A stretch of 54,620 nucleotides of DNA, counting the filler, from Basidiobolus ranarum (Eukaryota), in assembly GCA_040143965.1 (NCBI GenBank). It is 2 parts of 2 records of this genome, joined end to end, with 100 filler letters (N's around TTAATTAATTAA, not from the genome) between each part and the next. Parts side by side here need not be neighbours in the genome. Positions count along the whole stretch, not along the records: positions 1 to 27,315 come from JASJQH010006999.1; positions 27,416 to 54,620 come from JASJQH010007000.1. One strand, given 5' to 3'. The notes under the pieces were generated by a model. That model ran no database searches and was not told the origin of the DNA. It was given only the letters and a program-made list of their open reading frames with translations. Made by a program: the position numbers and the translations under genes. Numbering within the stretch: position 1 is the stretch's first letter; each line of letters starts with the position of its first letter. Shown here piece by piece: positions 25,015-37,557 of the stretch.

Positions 25015-25243
25015 AGATATTCACACACTTACATTCTTGACTTTGTCGAGTCAGATACTGGATGTTGTGACAGAGAACTAATAATGATTATTTCCGCTTC
25101 TAGATATTCATGACTTGGTCGTTGTAAATATGTACACCAGTATGACCCTCACCTTGAGCTCACTTCAAATGGTAAGCTATTTTTCAAAGATCTGTAAGAC
25201 AGCGCAGAATACAGAGTTTGTATGTGTGTTGATTTGATGGCAA

Positions 25244-25324
25244 TCATACAATGATGAAATCAACCAAAATACAATAGGAAGTGCCGTCCGATTATCAGTG
25301 ACGATGAATGGTTCCCTGAAATGA
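25244..25324 (+). ncRNA. U49: U49 (SNORD49)-like box C/D snoRNA
   Basis: ATGATGA...AATAGGAAGTGCCGT-CCGA (D')...GTGACGA (C')...CTGA. The guide is antisense to LSU CGGCUCUUCCUAU and matches the U49 guide as I recall it. Confidence 0.8.
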
Positions 25325-26345
25325 CAACCACATGCACACGTACATTTCAGACTCTGTATTTGTGGGTGTAAAGAGAAGAGCAATGACTAATGTTGATTTG
25401 TTTCTAGGTACAACTGCAATTTTGAATGTGCTGTGCTGAGCTGTATATTATTGTTAATAAAAAACTTTTGAACATAATTTATGACTTCTATCAAGCGTCT
25501 GTTAATCAGTCTATATACTACAATATTCTAATGGTATTCAGATCTCCTGACATTACATTCAACCATTTCATGGTTTTACATTTCATGGTTGAATATGGCT
25601 TGTATATCGTTTGTAGTTAGTGAACGCTTCCCTACAACTTGGGAACATCTGAGAATCATCGATTTATACTACTCCAGAGAAGTATGCCATTGACAGCGGA
25701 AGGTTTGATAGGGATTGTATTCTAAGTCACATCATCTAACCCGTCTACCAGTGATTTATACTACATCTATCCATCCAATTTATCAATTACATATTATGGA
25801 TACAGTCGTTATTGTTGGGATACCTGACTAGCATGAAATTGCTCAAAAGCAAGCCAAGAATCCAAATAAAACTTAGGAAATTAATGATAAAATCGAAATG
25901 TAATTAAGAGATTATGTTAAAGCCAACAAAGCTACTGTTTCTGTGAAATTGATTCCACAGTAAAGGTTTCTTTGAGATGAATAGTTCGACATATATTAAA
26001 TTTATGTTGGTTTCAAAGGGATGTTAATGGCAAATAGCAATCGAAGTTAGGTATAGTTTGGTTGAATTCATTTATTGATTTTCATATCGGATTTCAACTC
26101 AGAAGGAATAAAAAGTCAAACAATGTGAATCTATTGAGATGTATGAGTTCATTTTTCTAGTATCGAAAGAACAATCCACTCCATGGTCAGTCTAGTATGA
26201 AATAGAGGAAGGATAAGGAGACAGACAAACACAAAGTTATTTAAGAGATGAAAAAAGAATGGGATAATTTCAACTAGTAACAAGGAAATATTATGAAATT
26301 CAAAGCTATATTTAACATAGATATGTATCAAGCACATTTGAAGGA

Positions 26346-27420
26346 TTAAGCTTTCTTAGGAGTAGGTCTGTAGACACCAACAACCAAAGCATGATCACGT
26401 TCATATGGTTCAAGAGTAAGTTGTTCTTGGGGCTTAATGCGTTCTTGTTGAAGCTTCTTGACTTCAGAAGCGAATACCTTGACAGCCTCAACGGTGGAGT
26501 CAATGCAGTTAGCCTTGATGGAGATAACAATGTGTCCTTCAGTCTTCAAGAAGTTGTGAGCGTTCAAAGCGATGATACGAGCTTGATCAGGTTGAGCAAC
26601 ATCGGCGAATACAACATCCACTAAGTCGATAAGCATACGATACTTGTGGGGATGACGAGCATCTTCAATGATGGGAATAACGTTGGTGCGCTTCTTAGCC
26701 ATGTTGATCAAATCACGACCGGAACGGTGAGAGAATTCAACGGCATAAACGATACCCTGGGGTCCGACGATATCAGCAACGTGAGAGACGGTAGTACCAC
26801 TGGAAGCACCGAGGTACAAAACTCTGGATCCAGGAGCAATGTGAATGTTATCAACACCACCCAAGATACCAGCAGCCAACTTGGAACGGAAAGGATTCCA
26901 AACACGGTATTCAGTTTTAACACCATCAGCACCTTCAACGGAAACTCTCTTCTCACCATAAACAGATTCTCCGGGGGTCAAATTCTTGGTGACCAAAAGA
27001 TCTTCCTTACCACGGGCAATGAAAACACCAGCATGTCTGTGAGGTTCAACAACAACCTTGAAACCAGGCTTGGCACCACCAGCACCACCGCGACCACCTA
27101 TGCATATATAGGGTAAGTTATGGAAATTTTATATTGAATAAATCATAGAAAGTACTTACCACGGGCACCACCACGGCCTCCACCACGAGCACCACCGCAA
27201 ACTCCTAAGCCACCACCAGAACAGCCGCGACCGCAACCACAAACAACACAAAACACACCTCGAAATAAACAACGAAAAAAACAATAAACAACGCGTGCAC
27301 CACCGAAGGAAAAAANNNNNNNNNNNNNNNNNNNNNNNNNNNNNNNNNNNNNNNNNNNNTTAATTAATTAANNNNNNNNNNNNNNNNNNNNNNNNNNNNN
27401 NNNNNNNNNNNNNNNACCAT
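26346..27420 (-). CDS. NOP1: Fibrillarin, rRNA 2'-O-methyltransferase; the 5' GAR exon is interrupted by an assembly gap
   Basis: [34 protein letters not shown] and [16 protein letters not shown]-coding exon beyond intron 27098-27159. Probable ATG at 27420-27418. Confidence 0.97.
27317..27415. other. Assembly gap: N-run containing an artificial TTAATTAATTAA all-frame-stop spacer
   Basis: N x43, then TTAATTAATTAA (27360-27371), then N x44. Confidence 0.95.
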
Positions 27421-27539
27421 GATGAGAAGTTACAATAATAGATAGAAAAAAAGAATTGAAACTAATCTGTTCACAACATGATTGATTTTTGATAGAATAA
27501 CGATGATTTGACAGCTCAAAAACGAATTATGTCACGTTT

Positions 27540-27598
27540 ATTTAGTTTTTTAGGATATATCCATCACTTCATTTAGTTTTTTAGGATATATCCATCAC
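27540..27598. repeat. Direct repeat, 2 x 28 bp, in the NOP1 upstream region
   Basis: atttagttttttaggatatatccatcac occurs twice, separated by 3 bp. Confidence 0.85.
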
Positions 27599-27746
27599 AA
27601 GTTACAAAATTCCCATTCCTATTCTTTGCCTAATATTCGATGGCAAAATCAATCTGGATACAATTTGGGAATTCGAAATTTCCATCGTCAATTTGAATAC
27701 AAAATGCATGCTTCGATACTACTTTACACTCTCCATATATCCAAGC

Positions 27747-28877
27747 ATGACAGACATGGTGCTTAAGTTAATAGGTTGATTACACGGGCTATACGGTATT
27801 GAAGGTATTTATCATCTTCCACACATTTGAATCCTTGCCAGTTTAATCAAAGAATACTCGCTAGTTTTTCTTTTCCCCACGGATCCAATCAGGAGTATTA
27901 TTACTCAGTTCGTAGAGATAAAGAAGGCTAAAAATCATGAAAGTCAAGTTGAGTCTACTCTCAGGTCTGTATATGATGGAAACGCCTATTGGATTAATGC
28001 CATTCCTAAGGGGAGAAAACCCCAGTATATTAGTAAAGGCGAAATTGTAGGATATGGCTCACGGTTGAGAAATTTGGCCCAGTACCCCTTTGATAAGCAC
28101 AGCATTCAGTTACCTCCAGAGTGCGAAGCTGTAGCCAAAATCAACAAAGCGGACATTCCTCTTCTTCTCAGACACAAATTCATCGTCACTCAAAGTCGTA
28201 TTACCACAGACACCACTATCGTCACAAAACTATGTTTTGCTGTCATTACCCTGCGTTGGCTTTACGTCATATCGACATTTATGTACTACTTCTGGACTAT
28301 ACAATATCTCCCTCCTGATCATTGCTATTTACTGAAAGTAAGCATCATAGTGCCACTCCTGTACATCTTTGAACGGACTATTGCTCCAGTGTTTGTTTCC
28401 CTGACGAGCTCTATGTGAAGAAAGATTTCATCCAGCTAGCAAAGACGAATGGGACGACCGAGGATATTATTAACGAAAAGGTTTCAGATAGCAAGATGTC
28501 GGTTGAGAAAGAAATACGTATGAGATATGCTATTGAAAGGGTAATAGGTTCAGCAAGGTTCCGACTCCGAAATGACCGAGAATCCACCCATGGCACCTGT
28601 TGATATCAATGGGACGATCTGGACTATCATTTACTACGTGCACCCTCATATCCTACTAATTGAAGCTGTGATGCATAGTGTTAAGAGCTTAACAGAACTT
28701 GGACAGGCTTATTTTACTAACAAACCATTGATAAAAGTACTGAAGTTTCTGGAATATTTCGTACTAGCTAGCTACAATTTAACACTTTACTCTCGCCATT
28801 TGACTCTAGTGTTATCTGCTTATCTATGGCCTTTAATGGACTATATATTTCCTTTCCTGGAGGACACAACTCTCTAA
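27747..28877 (+). pseudogene. Pseudogenised tandem paralogue of the 29360-30586 gene
   Basis: Collinear homology (DPIRSIITQFVEI, LRSVYDG, IPLLLRHKF, SIIVPLLY). In-frame TGA at 27777 and 27828 and a 7-nt frameshifting deletion near 28400. Confidence 0.85.
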
Positions 28878-29359
28878 ATAATAATTCCTAACATACATCA
28901 GTACTGACTAGAAGCACCTGAATGAATCGCTTAGCATGTTTCAAATTCACTTTCACTTTCCACTACAAACCGTTCTCTGACTCGTCTGCTTTCATAAGCT
29001 TTAATGTCTACTTTATTCTACTGCTTTCATGAACATCACTTGCATATTGATTCGATAACCCATGACCTGATGGAACAAGTCTATTGTACTTGATGGAATA
29101 TTTCTATTATTCTGTTAAACAACCATCTATCCACATAAACAAATTGGAATTTTACTATTGTTTTACTTTTCCCATAGTATACCAGGAGTTCAGATTCAGG
29201 ATAACATCAACTACAAGCAAATGTACAACACAAGCGCTGTAATATGTAATACGAAATACGCAAACATATACACGAATACATTCTAATCGATGATTGGACA
29301 GGGATAGCCACTATAAGAAGTATATATACTTGAATGGTATCTGCTACAAGTTGATCAAG

Positions 29360-30586
29360 ATGAACGATACTCATGGCCCTTGGACGAATAATACTTATGA
29401 TAAACATGGACCTGGGACGAATGATACTTGGGGTGGATCTTTCTATACTTTGCAGAATGTGATATTGTCTATCTTTGGTAAGCTATTGATGTGTCGTATA
29501 CAAAGCATTCCCTCCAAGTTGACAGCACCAGGAGTGATCCGAGAATACATATCAGTCCTTCTGCTCCCAATGGATCCAGTCAGAAATCTTATCACCCAGT
29601 TCATTGAGATACAGATGACTAAAAATCATGATAGTCAAATCGAGTCAGTTCTCAGGTCTGTTTATGATGGATCCGCTTATTGGATGGATGTAACTCCTAG
29701 AGCAAAGCAGTTTAAATGTTACGATAAGCTCTCAGTTGTAGGATATGGGTCTCGACTCAAGAACGCAATTCTACACCCCTTCTACAAACACAACGTATAT
29801 GTTCCTGCTGAGTGTCAAGCCTTAGTCAAAATTAGCAAAGAGGAGATTCCGCTTCTGCTAAGACACAAATTCACCATCCCTCAAAGCCGAATTGCACAGG
29901 ACACTACACTAGCTACAAAAGTATGCTATGTAGCTATTACTTTAATCTGGATATACGAGATATCCACCACTGGGTACTCTCTTTGCACCTCACAACAAAT
30001 AAGAGCAACTCAAATACCTCTGTCGCTTATCAAAACTAGTATTATAGTTCCGCTCCTGTACACATTTGAGAAGTCTATTGCTCCTGTATTTGTCTCTTTA
30101 GAATCTGACGAGCTCTACCTGAAGAAAGATTTCATTCAACTAGCAGAGAGTAAAGGAATATCGGATACTGTTGGCGAAAAGGCCTCAGATATCAAAGATT
30201 CAGTCCAGAGGGAAGTACACATCACGTATTTAACCCAAAGGGCTGTAGGCTCTATGGTCTATTTGGTTCTACATTTCTTTATGGATTACGTGATGTCAGC
30301 ATTATATCATTACAGTTTAATATATATGCACGCGGACTCAATTCTAGAGGACCCCATTTCTAATGGACTTCTCATCATGGTATTCGCACATAGATTTCTT
30401 GAAGCTGAATTGCACACTTTGAAGTGCCTAGTTGATCTGATACAAGGACATGTAACAAACAAAAAGGTTGAGAAACTTATTTTTCTATTGGCATGGATTG
30501 TTTCTGTCGCCTACTTGTTCGCCAGGCTCAATACAGCCATACGAACATTCGAAACGAATGTCATAGCAATAGTAGCTCTATTTTGA
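29360..30586 (+). CDS. Uncharacterised intronless multi-pass membrane protein (~408 aa)
   Basis: Long ORF from the ATG at 29360 with several hydrophobic segments. The adjacent paralogue is conserved at the protein level. Confidence 0.75.
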   Translation: MNDTHGPWTNNTYDKHGPGTNDTWGGSFYTLQNVILSIFGKLLMCRIQSIPSKLTAPGVIREYISVLLLPMDPVRNLITQFIEIQMTKNHDSQIESVLRSVYDGSAYWMDVTPRAKQFKCYDKLSVVGYGSRLKNAILHPFYKHNVYVPAECQALVKISKEEIPLLLRHKFTIPQSRIAQDTTLATKVCYVAITLIWIYEISTTGYSLCTSQQIRATQIPLSLIKTSIIVPLLYTFEKSIAPVFVSLESDELYLKKDFIQLAESKGISDTVGEKASDIKDSVQREVHITYLTQRAVGSMVYLVLHFFMDYVMSALYHYSLIYMHADSILEDPISNGLLIMVFAHRFLEAELHTLKCLVDLIQGHVTNKKVEKLIFLLAWIVSVAYLFARLNTAIRTFETNVIAIVALF

Positions 30587-31434
30587 AAAAATATCCCTCT
30601 TTTTGGCCTTATTATTCACGAAATAGATATCCTCCTCAAGTACACCAAAAAAAACATCAGTCTATCATGCTTTTAGCAGCCAACTACCTCTCTGAATATC
30701 CTCATATTTTATCTTGCCTCACTCTTGGTATATAGAGAGATTTCAAACAATTGATTAGCCAAATTACTATTCAACATGTTGGCTACACTTACGCAATACC
30801 TAGAACCATGAGGAAAATCAGCAATTTGTGACAGTCTTTTTTGTCATATTTGGGACTATGCATTTGGAAAATACAATCAAGTTAAAAATCATTAACAGTG
30901 TTGAGGTTTAGCATGCCTACAGTAATTAGACTCATGAAGCCATATTTCACTCCTTGATGTGCTTGGTTCACCTTCTACAAGAAGGCTGATAACTTTGTAA
31001 TTTTTTATCTCCCAGCCGTATTTAACGCTGGTTTACGCACATTAGGCTGGAATGTCAAAGTGATAGAATATCTTAACAGTCTTTCTACTCTCTTTTTGTG
31101 TTGCCATCAAAAAATCTGGAATAAATTTATGATAGATCTTTCAGCCATGACTACAAATGCCACTCTTTACCTATACCCATATATACCACTCAGCGTATTC
31201 CGTTTAATACGACTAATAATTCGAAAGGACTAGTCATCGATTCAGTGCTAACTAACTATGGAACAACGGTCATGGCGAGAACCAAATAGGCCCATAAATA
31301 AATGACATGTGAAGATGGAGAGGTTTATTTCGGTTATATGTAGTTAAAGAAATAAGTGTGGCAAGCTTTATAAATATAACATTTAGGTTTTTGATTCTTT
31401 TGAAGCCTAGCTTGGATCAAGATATGTCTTGAAT

Positions 31435-31920
31435 TTACTCTTCTTTGGTAAAGCTAACAAAACCCTTACCTTCATAACCCTCGGAAGAAATACCTGTGAG
31501 AGGGTTGGCCTTTTGCTCCTTCATTCTTTCGTTGGTAGCCTCTTGCCACTCCTTAGTGAAAGTGTGAGGAGTAGGCTGACCAGCTTGACGAATCAACTGG
31601 AAGAGACCAGCAGAAACAGCAATAACAGCGAAGACACCAGCGTAAACTTTCTTACCATCTCCTTTCTCTAAAGGAGCCTTACGAAGTCCATGGGGACCAA
31701 AAGCAATCCAATAGGCTGCCTTCTTTTGTTCCAAGTCCAAAGCTTTCCAGTCACCCTTTTGAGCTTCCAAAACCTTGTTATAGAGACTGGCTTTCTCTTC
31801 TTGAGCAAGTGTCTTCCAGGAGCTTTGAAGGCTGGTGAAAGTGGGCACGGAACCAGTAGTGGTGGAAGCAGAACGAGTCAAAGACCTCTTAGCGTTGATG
31901 GAAGCAATTCTGAAGAGCAT
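31435..31920 (-). CDS. COX5: Cytochrome c oxidase subunit IV family (fungal Cox5)
   Basis: Mitochondrial presequence, KGDWKALDLEQKKAAYWIAFGPHG, one TM segment, TFTKEWQEATNE and QKANPLTGISS. Confidence 0.95.
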   Translation of the reverse strand: MLFRIASINAKRSLTRSASTTTGSVPTFTSLQSSWKTLAQEEKASLYNKVLEAQKGDWKALDLEQKKAAYWIAFGPHGLRKAPLEKGDGKKVYAGVFAVIAVSAGLFQLIRQAGQPTPHTFTKEWQEATNERMKEQKANPLTGISSEGYEGKGFVSFTKEE

Positions 31921-32496
31921 GACCTGAATAACTTATTGGTTAAAGAGAGATGGGTAGTATGTGTCCAAAGTAGGGGAAGTTAAAAAAAAGGTGGGGTATG
32001 AATGTTACTGGATACAGTCGGAAATTGGCCTCTCGAAACATGAAAGTGGCTATATTTACATGGATTTTATATGATTCAGATGAGGGTTGATGATATTTCT
32101 CTTGACATCCCTCCAGATTTTCTATGGGATTTCTCAACAATACCCTAATTTTTAAGGTTCCTAGATTGCCCCATTTCTTGTCCATTCATCTCTTCCCTAC
32201 CCTAGTTTTGGAAATATTTAATGTGTTTCTTGAGGAGACTGAGCGTAGGTAATCCAAGAATTACGATAATAAATTTCAATCATTGTAGTGCAGTGTAATG
32301 TAACACTTGATGAAAATTCATTCAACAACGGGTTGAAAGTGCCATTGACTACTATCTACTATGAAGGAAAGTAAGATTTAATCATGGGAACAAATATTGA
32401 CACTGGAGGAATTTTACATGGTATCGTAAGCTGCTGTTAGGTATATGCATATATGTATGTATAATGGATATGGAAAATGGCGTGTGCTTTAAAATT

Positions 32497-34279
32497 CTAG
32501 TCTACTTTGCCTTTCTTGATTATTCTGAATGGATCCTTGAACAAATTGGACGCACCAACAATAACGATGAGTACACAGAGAAGAACGAGTTGGATTGCGC
32601 CTAATCTTTTCTCAAATAACACCTAGGAAAACAATGGTTGGATTAAGGAAATCATGTACAAGAGACGTAACGCTTCATACCTCATCAGCTAATATGTGGA
32701 TTTGGTGAGTGATCTTTCGAATCTCTTCGTCAGTGTTTGTGCGATAAGTTTTAGATTCAAGTAGGGTAGTTTGCCAAACAAGCTCGTATGTACTTCGCTA
32801 AAATTCAACAAATCAGCATACTGTATCAATTATAGTTAAATGGTCAAGAAAGGACCCACCAATATGTTTAATTGAGACATCGCAGTATTGTTGAGACTGA
32901 CTAGAGCGTTCCACAAGTGTTGCTTTTGGGATGCATCGATATTGGCGAAGATCTCATTCATAGTGTTACTTTGCTCCGAAAAGTATTTATAAGATAATGC
33001 CATGTTTTGTTCAAGTATGTTCAGTCTCTTCGTGATCGTCTTGAAGATGCTCTCTTGCGTCCCACCTGGTGGAGTTGTGTGCGACCCATAACTTTGTCGG
33101 CTTTCGTGTTGGGCAGGAGTTGAGGTTGAGACCGATTGGACAGTTTCATCTTCAATACTGTTTGAACCACTTGGATGAGGGTGGAGCGACTGGAATGATC
33201 CAATATCTATAATATTTTTGACCTCGGAGTCAATAACGTCGAAATTCGATAGTGGAGGCGCTTGAATTTTAGGAAGTGGAAGCGCATCCTCAGGTTTTAA
33301 TGCAGGTAGCGTATGTTGTATGATGGATTTGGAGTTTATGACTTCAGAGGAGAGCGCATTAGAAGCCTCGGATAATAACTCGTCATCTTCCCTCTTATAT
33401 TCCTCCATCATGGTAGTTCCATGTACACGCAAGAGGCTCACAGGACAAATAAACTCATTTCCATAATGTGATAGGAAGTCAATACGTATATAACGTGCCC
33501 ATATAAGTGGATTACTTATATGAAATACCTAGGCTTTAGTTAGCAAATGCTGAATAGGTTAAGTGTACCAAGAAATCAAAAAAACCTACTTGAACATCAC
33601 GAATATTGCGTGCTTGGAATTCACCAAGGATCTTCCAACCCGAATTATCTTTGGGTGGGTAACGATTACTTACTGATATTCTCAAGTCCTTGAATATAGA
33701 TGAGAAGAACTCATAATTCGACAGTGCCACAGTATCTATCAAAATATCGTCACATAACTCCACTATTACGTGCCTTTCTGCGGTACATTCATTCCACATG
33801 TACTGATCTTTACTTTCGTTCAGTATAGCAGTAGCTCCCTTGGCTTCTGAATTGGATTTGAGAACAGCAGCTGCACAGTCAAATGAGGCATAGTTAAATC
33901 TTTCTTTGCTAGATTTTGGCTTATCATCTTTTACGTTCTTGGTGACTCTCAGTTCAGAGCTATGGGAGTTTGTTCCAGAAGCATCTACATCATCAGATCG
34001 TTTATGTTGATCAGTATTGTCAAAGCGGGGAAATACGACGTTTAAAGTCAATTGGTTGATTAATCGACTAAATTGAAAAGTTTCTGGAGAGCCCATTTTT
34101 TCACGGACATTTTCCACTGATACGTTTCGTAAACTATCAATAAGTTGGTTCAAAGTTTGTTGTAAAGAACCTTGACCTTCTTTTCTGATAGATTTCCATA
34201 AGAAAGGAGTAGTATTTAATAGGAATAAAGTTAATAAAAACCAATACACTGGTTTTTTAAAACCCTCCCAAGTACTCAT
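32497..34279 (-). CDS. SLP1: Mid-SUN (Sad1/UNC) domain protein, Slp1/SUCO-like; 4 exons
   Basis: RFNYASFDCAAAVL, ILNESKDQYM, NYEFFSS, LSLLRVHGTTMME and QESIFKTITKRL; C-terminal TM segment. Confidence 0.88.
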
Positions 34280-34627
34280 TCCCGTTAGAAAATATTGGTA
34301 TAAAGATAAATCGACAAATAGCTTTAGTTGAGTTGTAAACTTGATAGAAAACTTCGGTTAAACTACTAAATAAAATATACTCCCGAAAATGAATCAATGC
34401 ACATCCATCGATTGTGACTTGTTTGAAGTGGTACACTAATGGATGGTAAATATCCATATCATTGGATAAATTATCTTGGTGTACATAAATCATTATTAAT
34501 CTATATTAATCATACTATTCAAGTTTAATGCTTTTGAAGATAGTGCAAGATCCTTTGGAGAAAATGGGTTTCGGTCTCTGTTCATAGTATATTTCATTCT
34601 ATAGTTTCTCGAGCTGATTTTATAAAA

Positions 34628-35182
34628 CTACCCGAGTGTTTTCATAAGTTTCGTTAAATGAAGGTCAAAAAGTTCACAACGGATGGGCATTTCTGGATTA
34701 TAAAAAGGGTTTTTCATAACATAATCTGCATATATTCTATACACCCGTTTCAATACCATATCCAAGTTGGGATGAAGCGGTTCAGATAAGACGATAAACT
34801 TGCTACCTATGACATAAAAGGGCGTTATTGAAATGTTGACCAAGAGATATCTTCTATTCGAAATTACCTGTTAAAGTTTGAAAGCACTGAAGTTTAAACG
34901 TTTCAGTTTCAAATATTTCAATGCCAGAAGAAGTAGACGTGGGCGAAATCTTGGAGGTAATAGCGTGGACGCTAAAAGTTGGTTTTTATCATCAGACCAA
35001 ATTGGCGAATAACAAGTTAGGAAGAATGTTGGACGAAGAGTTCATTATTTTATTTCCTACCCATGAAAGGTACCAGCAAGCACTAGATATTCATTACTCG
35101 TAAGTCGGTTTAGCCCTTCTATGAAATCTCGCTGGTAAATCAAGCCACCTGCTTTGTTGATAACGTATAATGAGAATATCAT
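34628..35182 (-). CDS. TRS23: TRAPP subunit Trs23/TRAPPC4 (sybindin family); 3 exons
   Basis: [38 protein letters not shown] and [23 protein letters not shown]. Confidence 0.95.
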
Positions 35183-35367
35183 GCTCTACCAAGAATACCT
35201 TTGTAAATCTCAGCTTGTCAGAGCATTCATTTAGGGATCACTCACGTGACCTGATTTATTGACAAAATTAAGGGATGAGATGTTGGAAGCAACTTCGAGT
35301 TGCTGAAGATATTTAAAAGATCAGGTGTAGTATTATCTCTAGAGTTTCGATATTGTAGATAGCATGT

Positions 35368-35984
35368 TTAACTGATTTTTTCCCCATTTTCGGTCTTTTT
35401 CCACTCCCAAAATTGCTTGAGAATCTCCTCCTCCTTCTTTGACATCTATGCAACGAACCATAGTTAGTTCAAGGAAAGTACATTATTAAAAATACTTAAA
35501 GAAATCAAACTACCAATTCATATTCAGTATCTGTTTCATGGTCATAGCCAAGTAAATGACAGATTCCATGCGTGTATAATACAGGAAGTCTTTCTTGAAG
35601 CGTAATCTTATTATCCTTACAATGTCTCAAGACATAAGCTACAGATATTATCATATCACCAAGGTTGCGGTCGTCTTCGGTCATATACTCAGGAAGGTCA
35701 AGGTTTCCAGGAGTTATAGCCTAAGTTCTGGTGAGCTACTAAGGGATTTGGTTTACTGTAAGTGAAAGGAAACATACCTGATGAAAAGGAAAAGACAATA
35801 TATCAGTTGGCTTGTCTTTATCTCTATATTCACGATTGAGCTTTCGAATGAAACGGTCACCAGTAAGGTGAACACCTAAATCCCAGTCTTTATAACCTGA
35901 AAATAATAACAATTGTCTAATGTCACGTTTAGCTGCTCTAGCAGAAATCTTCGCTAACGTTTGAGTGTTTTTGAAAAGCACCAT
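35368..35984 (-). CDS. YBEY: YbeY rRNA-maturation endoribonuclease/metalloprotein (probably mitochondrial); 3 exons
   Basis: IRKLNREYRDKDKPTDILSF, LGDMIIS and HGICHLLGYDHE (H3xH5xH signature). Confidence 0.93.
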
Positions 35985-36813
35985 TTCATAATTTAAGAAC
36001 GGTCACAATATTCGAACACTTTTTAAAGAGTTAGACTTCGTGATTGCAATCAACAGTGCATTTAAATCAAGCTTTTCAAATTAAAATTGGGAATTTTTTT
36101 ATTGGAATTATACAAACGTATATTACCGAAAGTTATTCCAAAAAATGCAAAATTAAAATATATCTAGAGATTCTTCTTTTGCCTTGCATCAATATGACTT
36201 GTAAATAAAGCAAATCTGTTTACTCCGTTGGAGCTTAAGTGCTAATATACTCTAGGAATTTAAGTGGTAGCCAGCACAATAAGGTAGAAAGAGCCGCTGA
36301 AAAAGTAGCCAGTTCAGACAAAAATGGGAATTTAAAAGCAGAGCTGAACGAATGTTTTATATTCTATTCTAACCCTAATAGAACGTATTCTCAGTAATGC
36401 CAAAATTATGTTACAGAAACAACCGAAGGCCTAGAGGCAAATACCAGAAATAGTACATAGAGAGCTAGACCAATTCTCTAGGTCTATGGCTGCCTCCACA
36501 TGTAGGATGAAAACTCTATCTCTTTATGTACAATGCTAGGGTTAGGGTTGAGCCGTGTTCTGTTAACTATTCATCGATTGTCTATTTGACGATTGCACTA
36601 ACATTTATAAACCAAGATAATGGACTTGTAACCTCTCTTCCGGTATCTTTAATGTGAACTTCTTTCTTTTATGAGTCATCAAATGCAATGCTATCCGAAA
36701 CTCGGCTTTCATATTACTACATTAGGTGAAGATATCTAATGGTACATTAATCATCACTGATGATAATAAAGATATCATCCATTCACTCTATTTTTAATAG
36801 ATGATTGAAGAAG

Positions 36814-37557
<744 letters not shown>

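Larger units (their letters stand above)
23460..25450 (+). ncRNA. Multi-intron non-coding snoRNA host transcript (ends approximate)
   Basis: A series of GTGAG/GTAAG donors (23520, 23818, 24094, ~24505, ~24858, ~25172) and branch-point/YAG acceptors (23740, 24036, 24361, 24730, ~25103, ~25407), each such intron enclosing one C/D snoRNA. Exons are short and show no evident conserved ORF. Confidence 0.75.

Noticed and set aside
27360-27371. TTAATTAATTAA palindrome as a biological motif
   Set aside because: It is embedded in N-runs and is a standard artificial all-frame-stop contig spacer.
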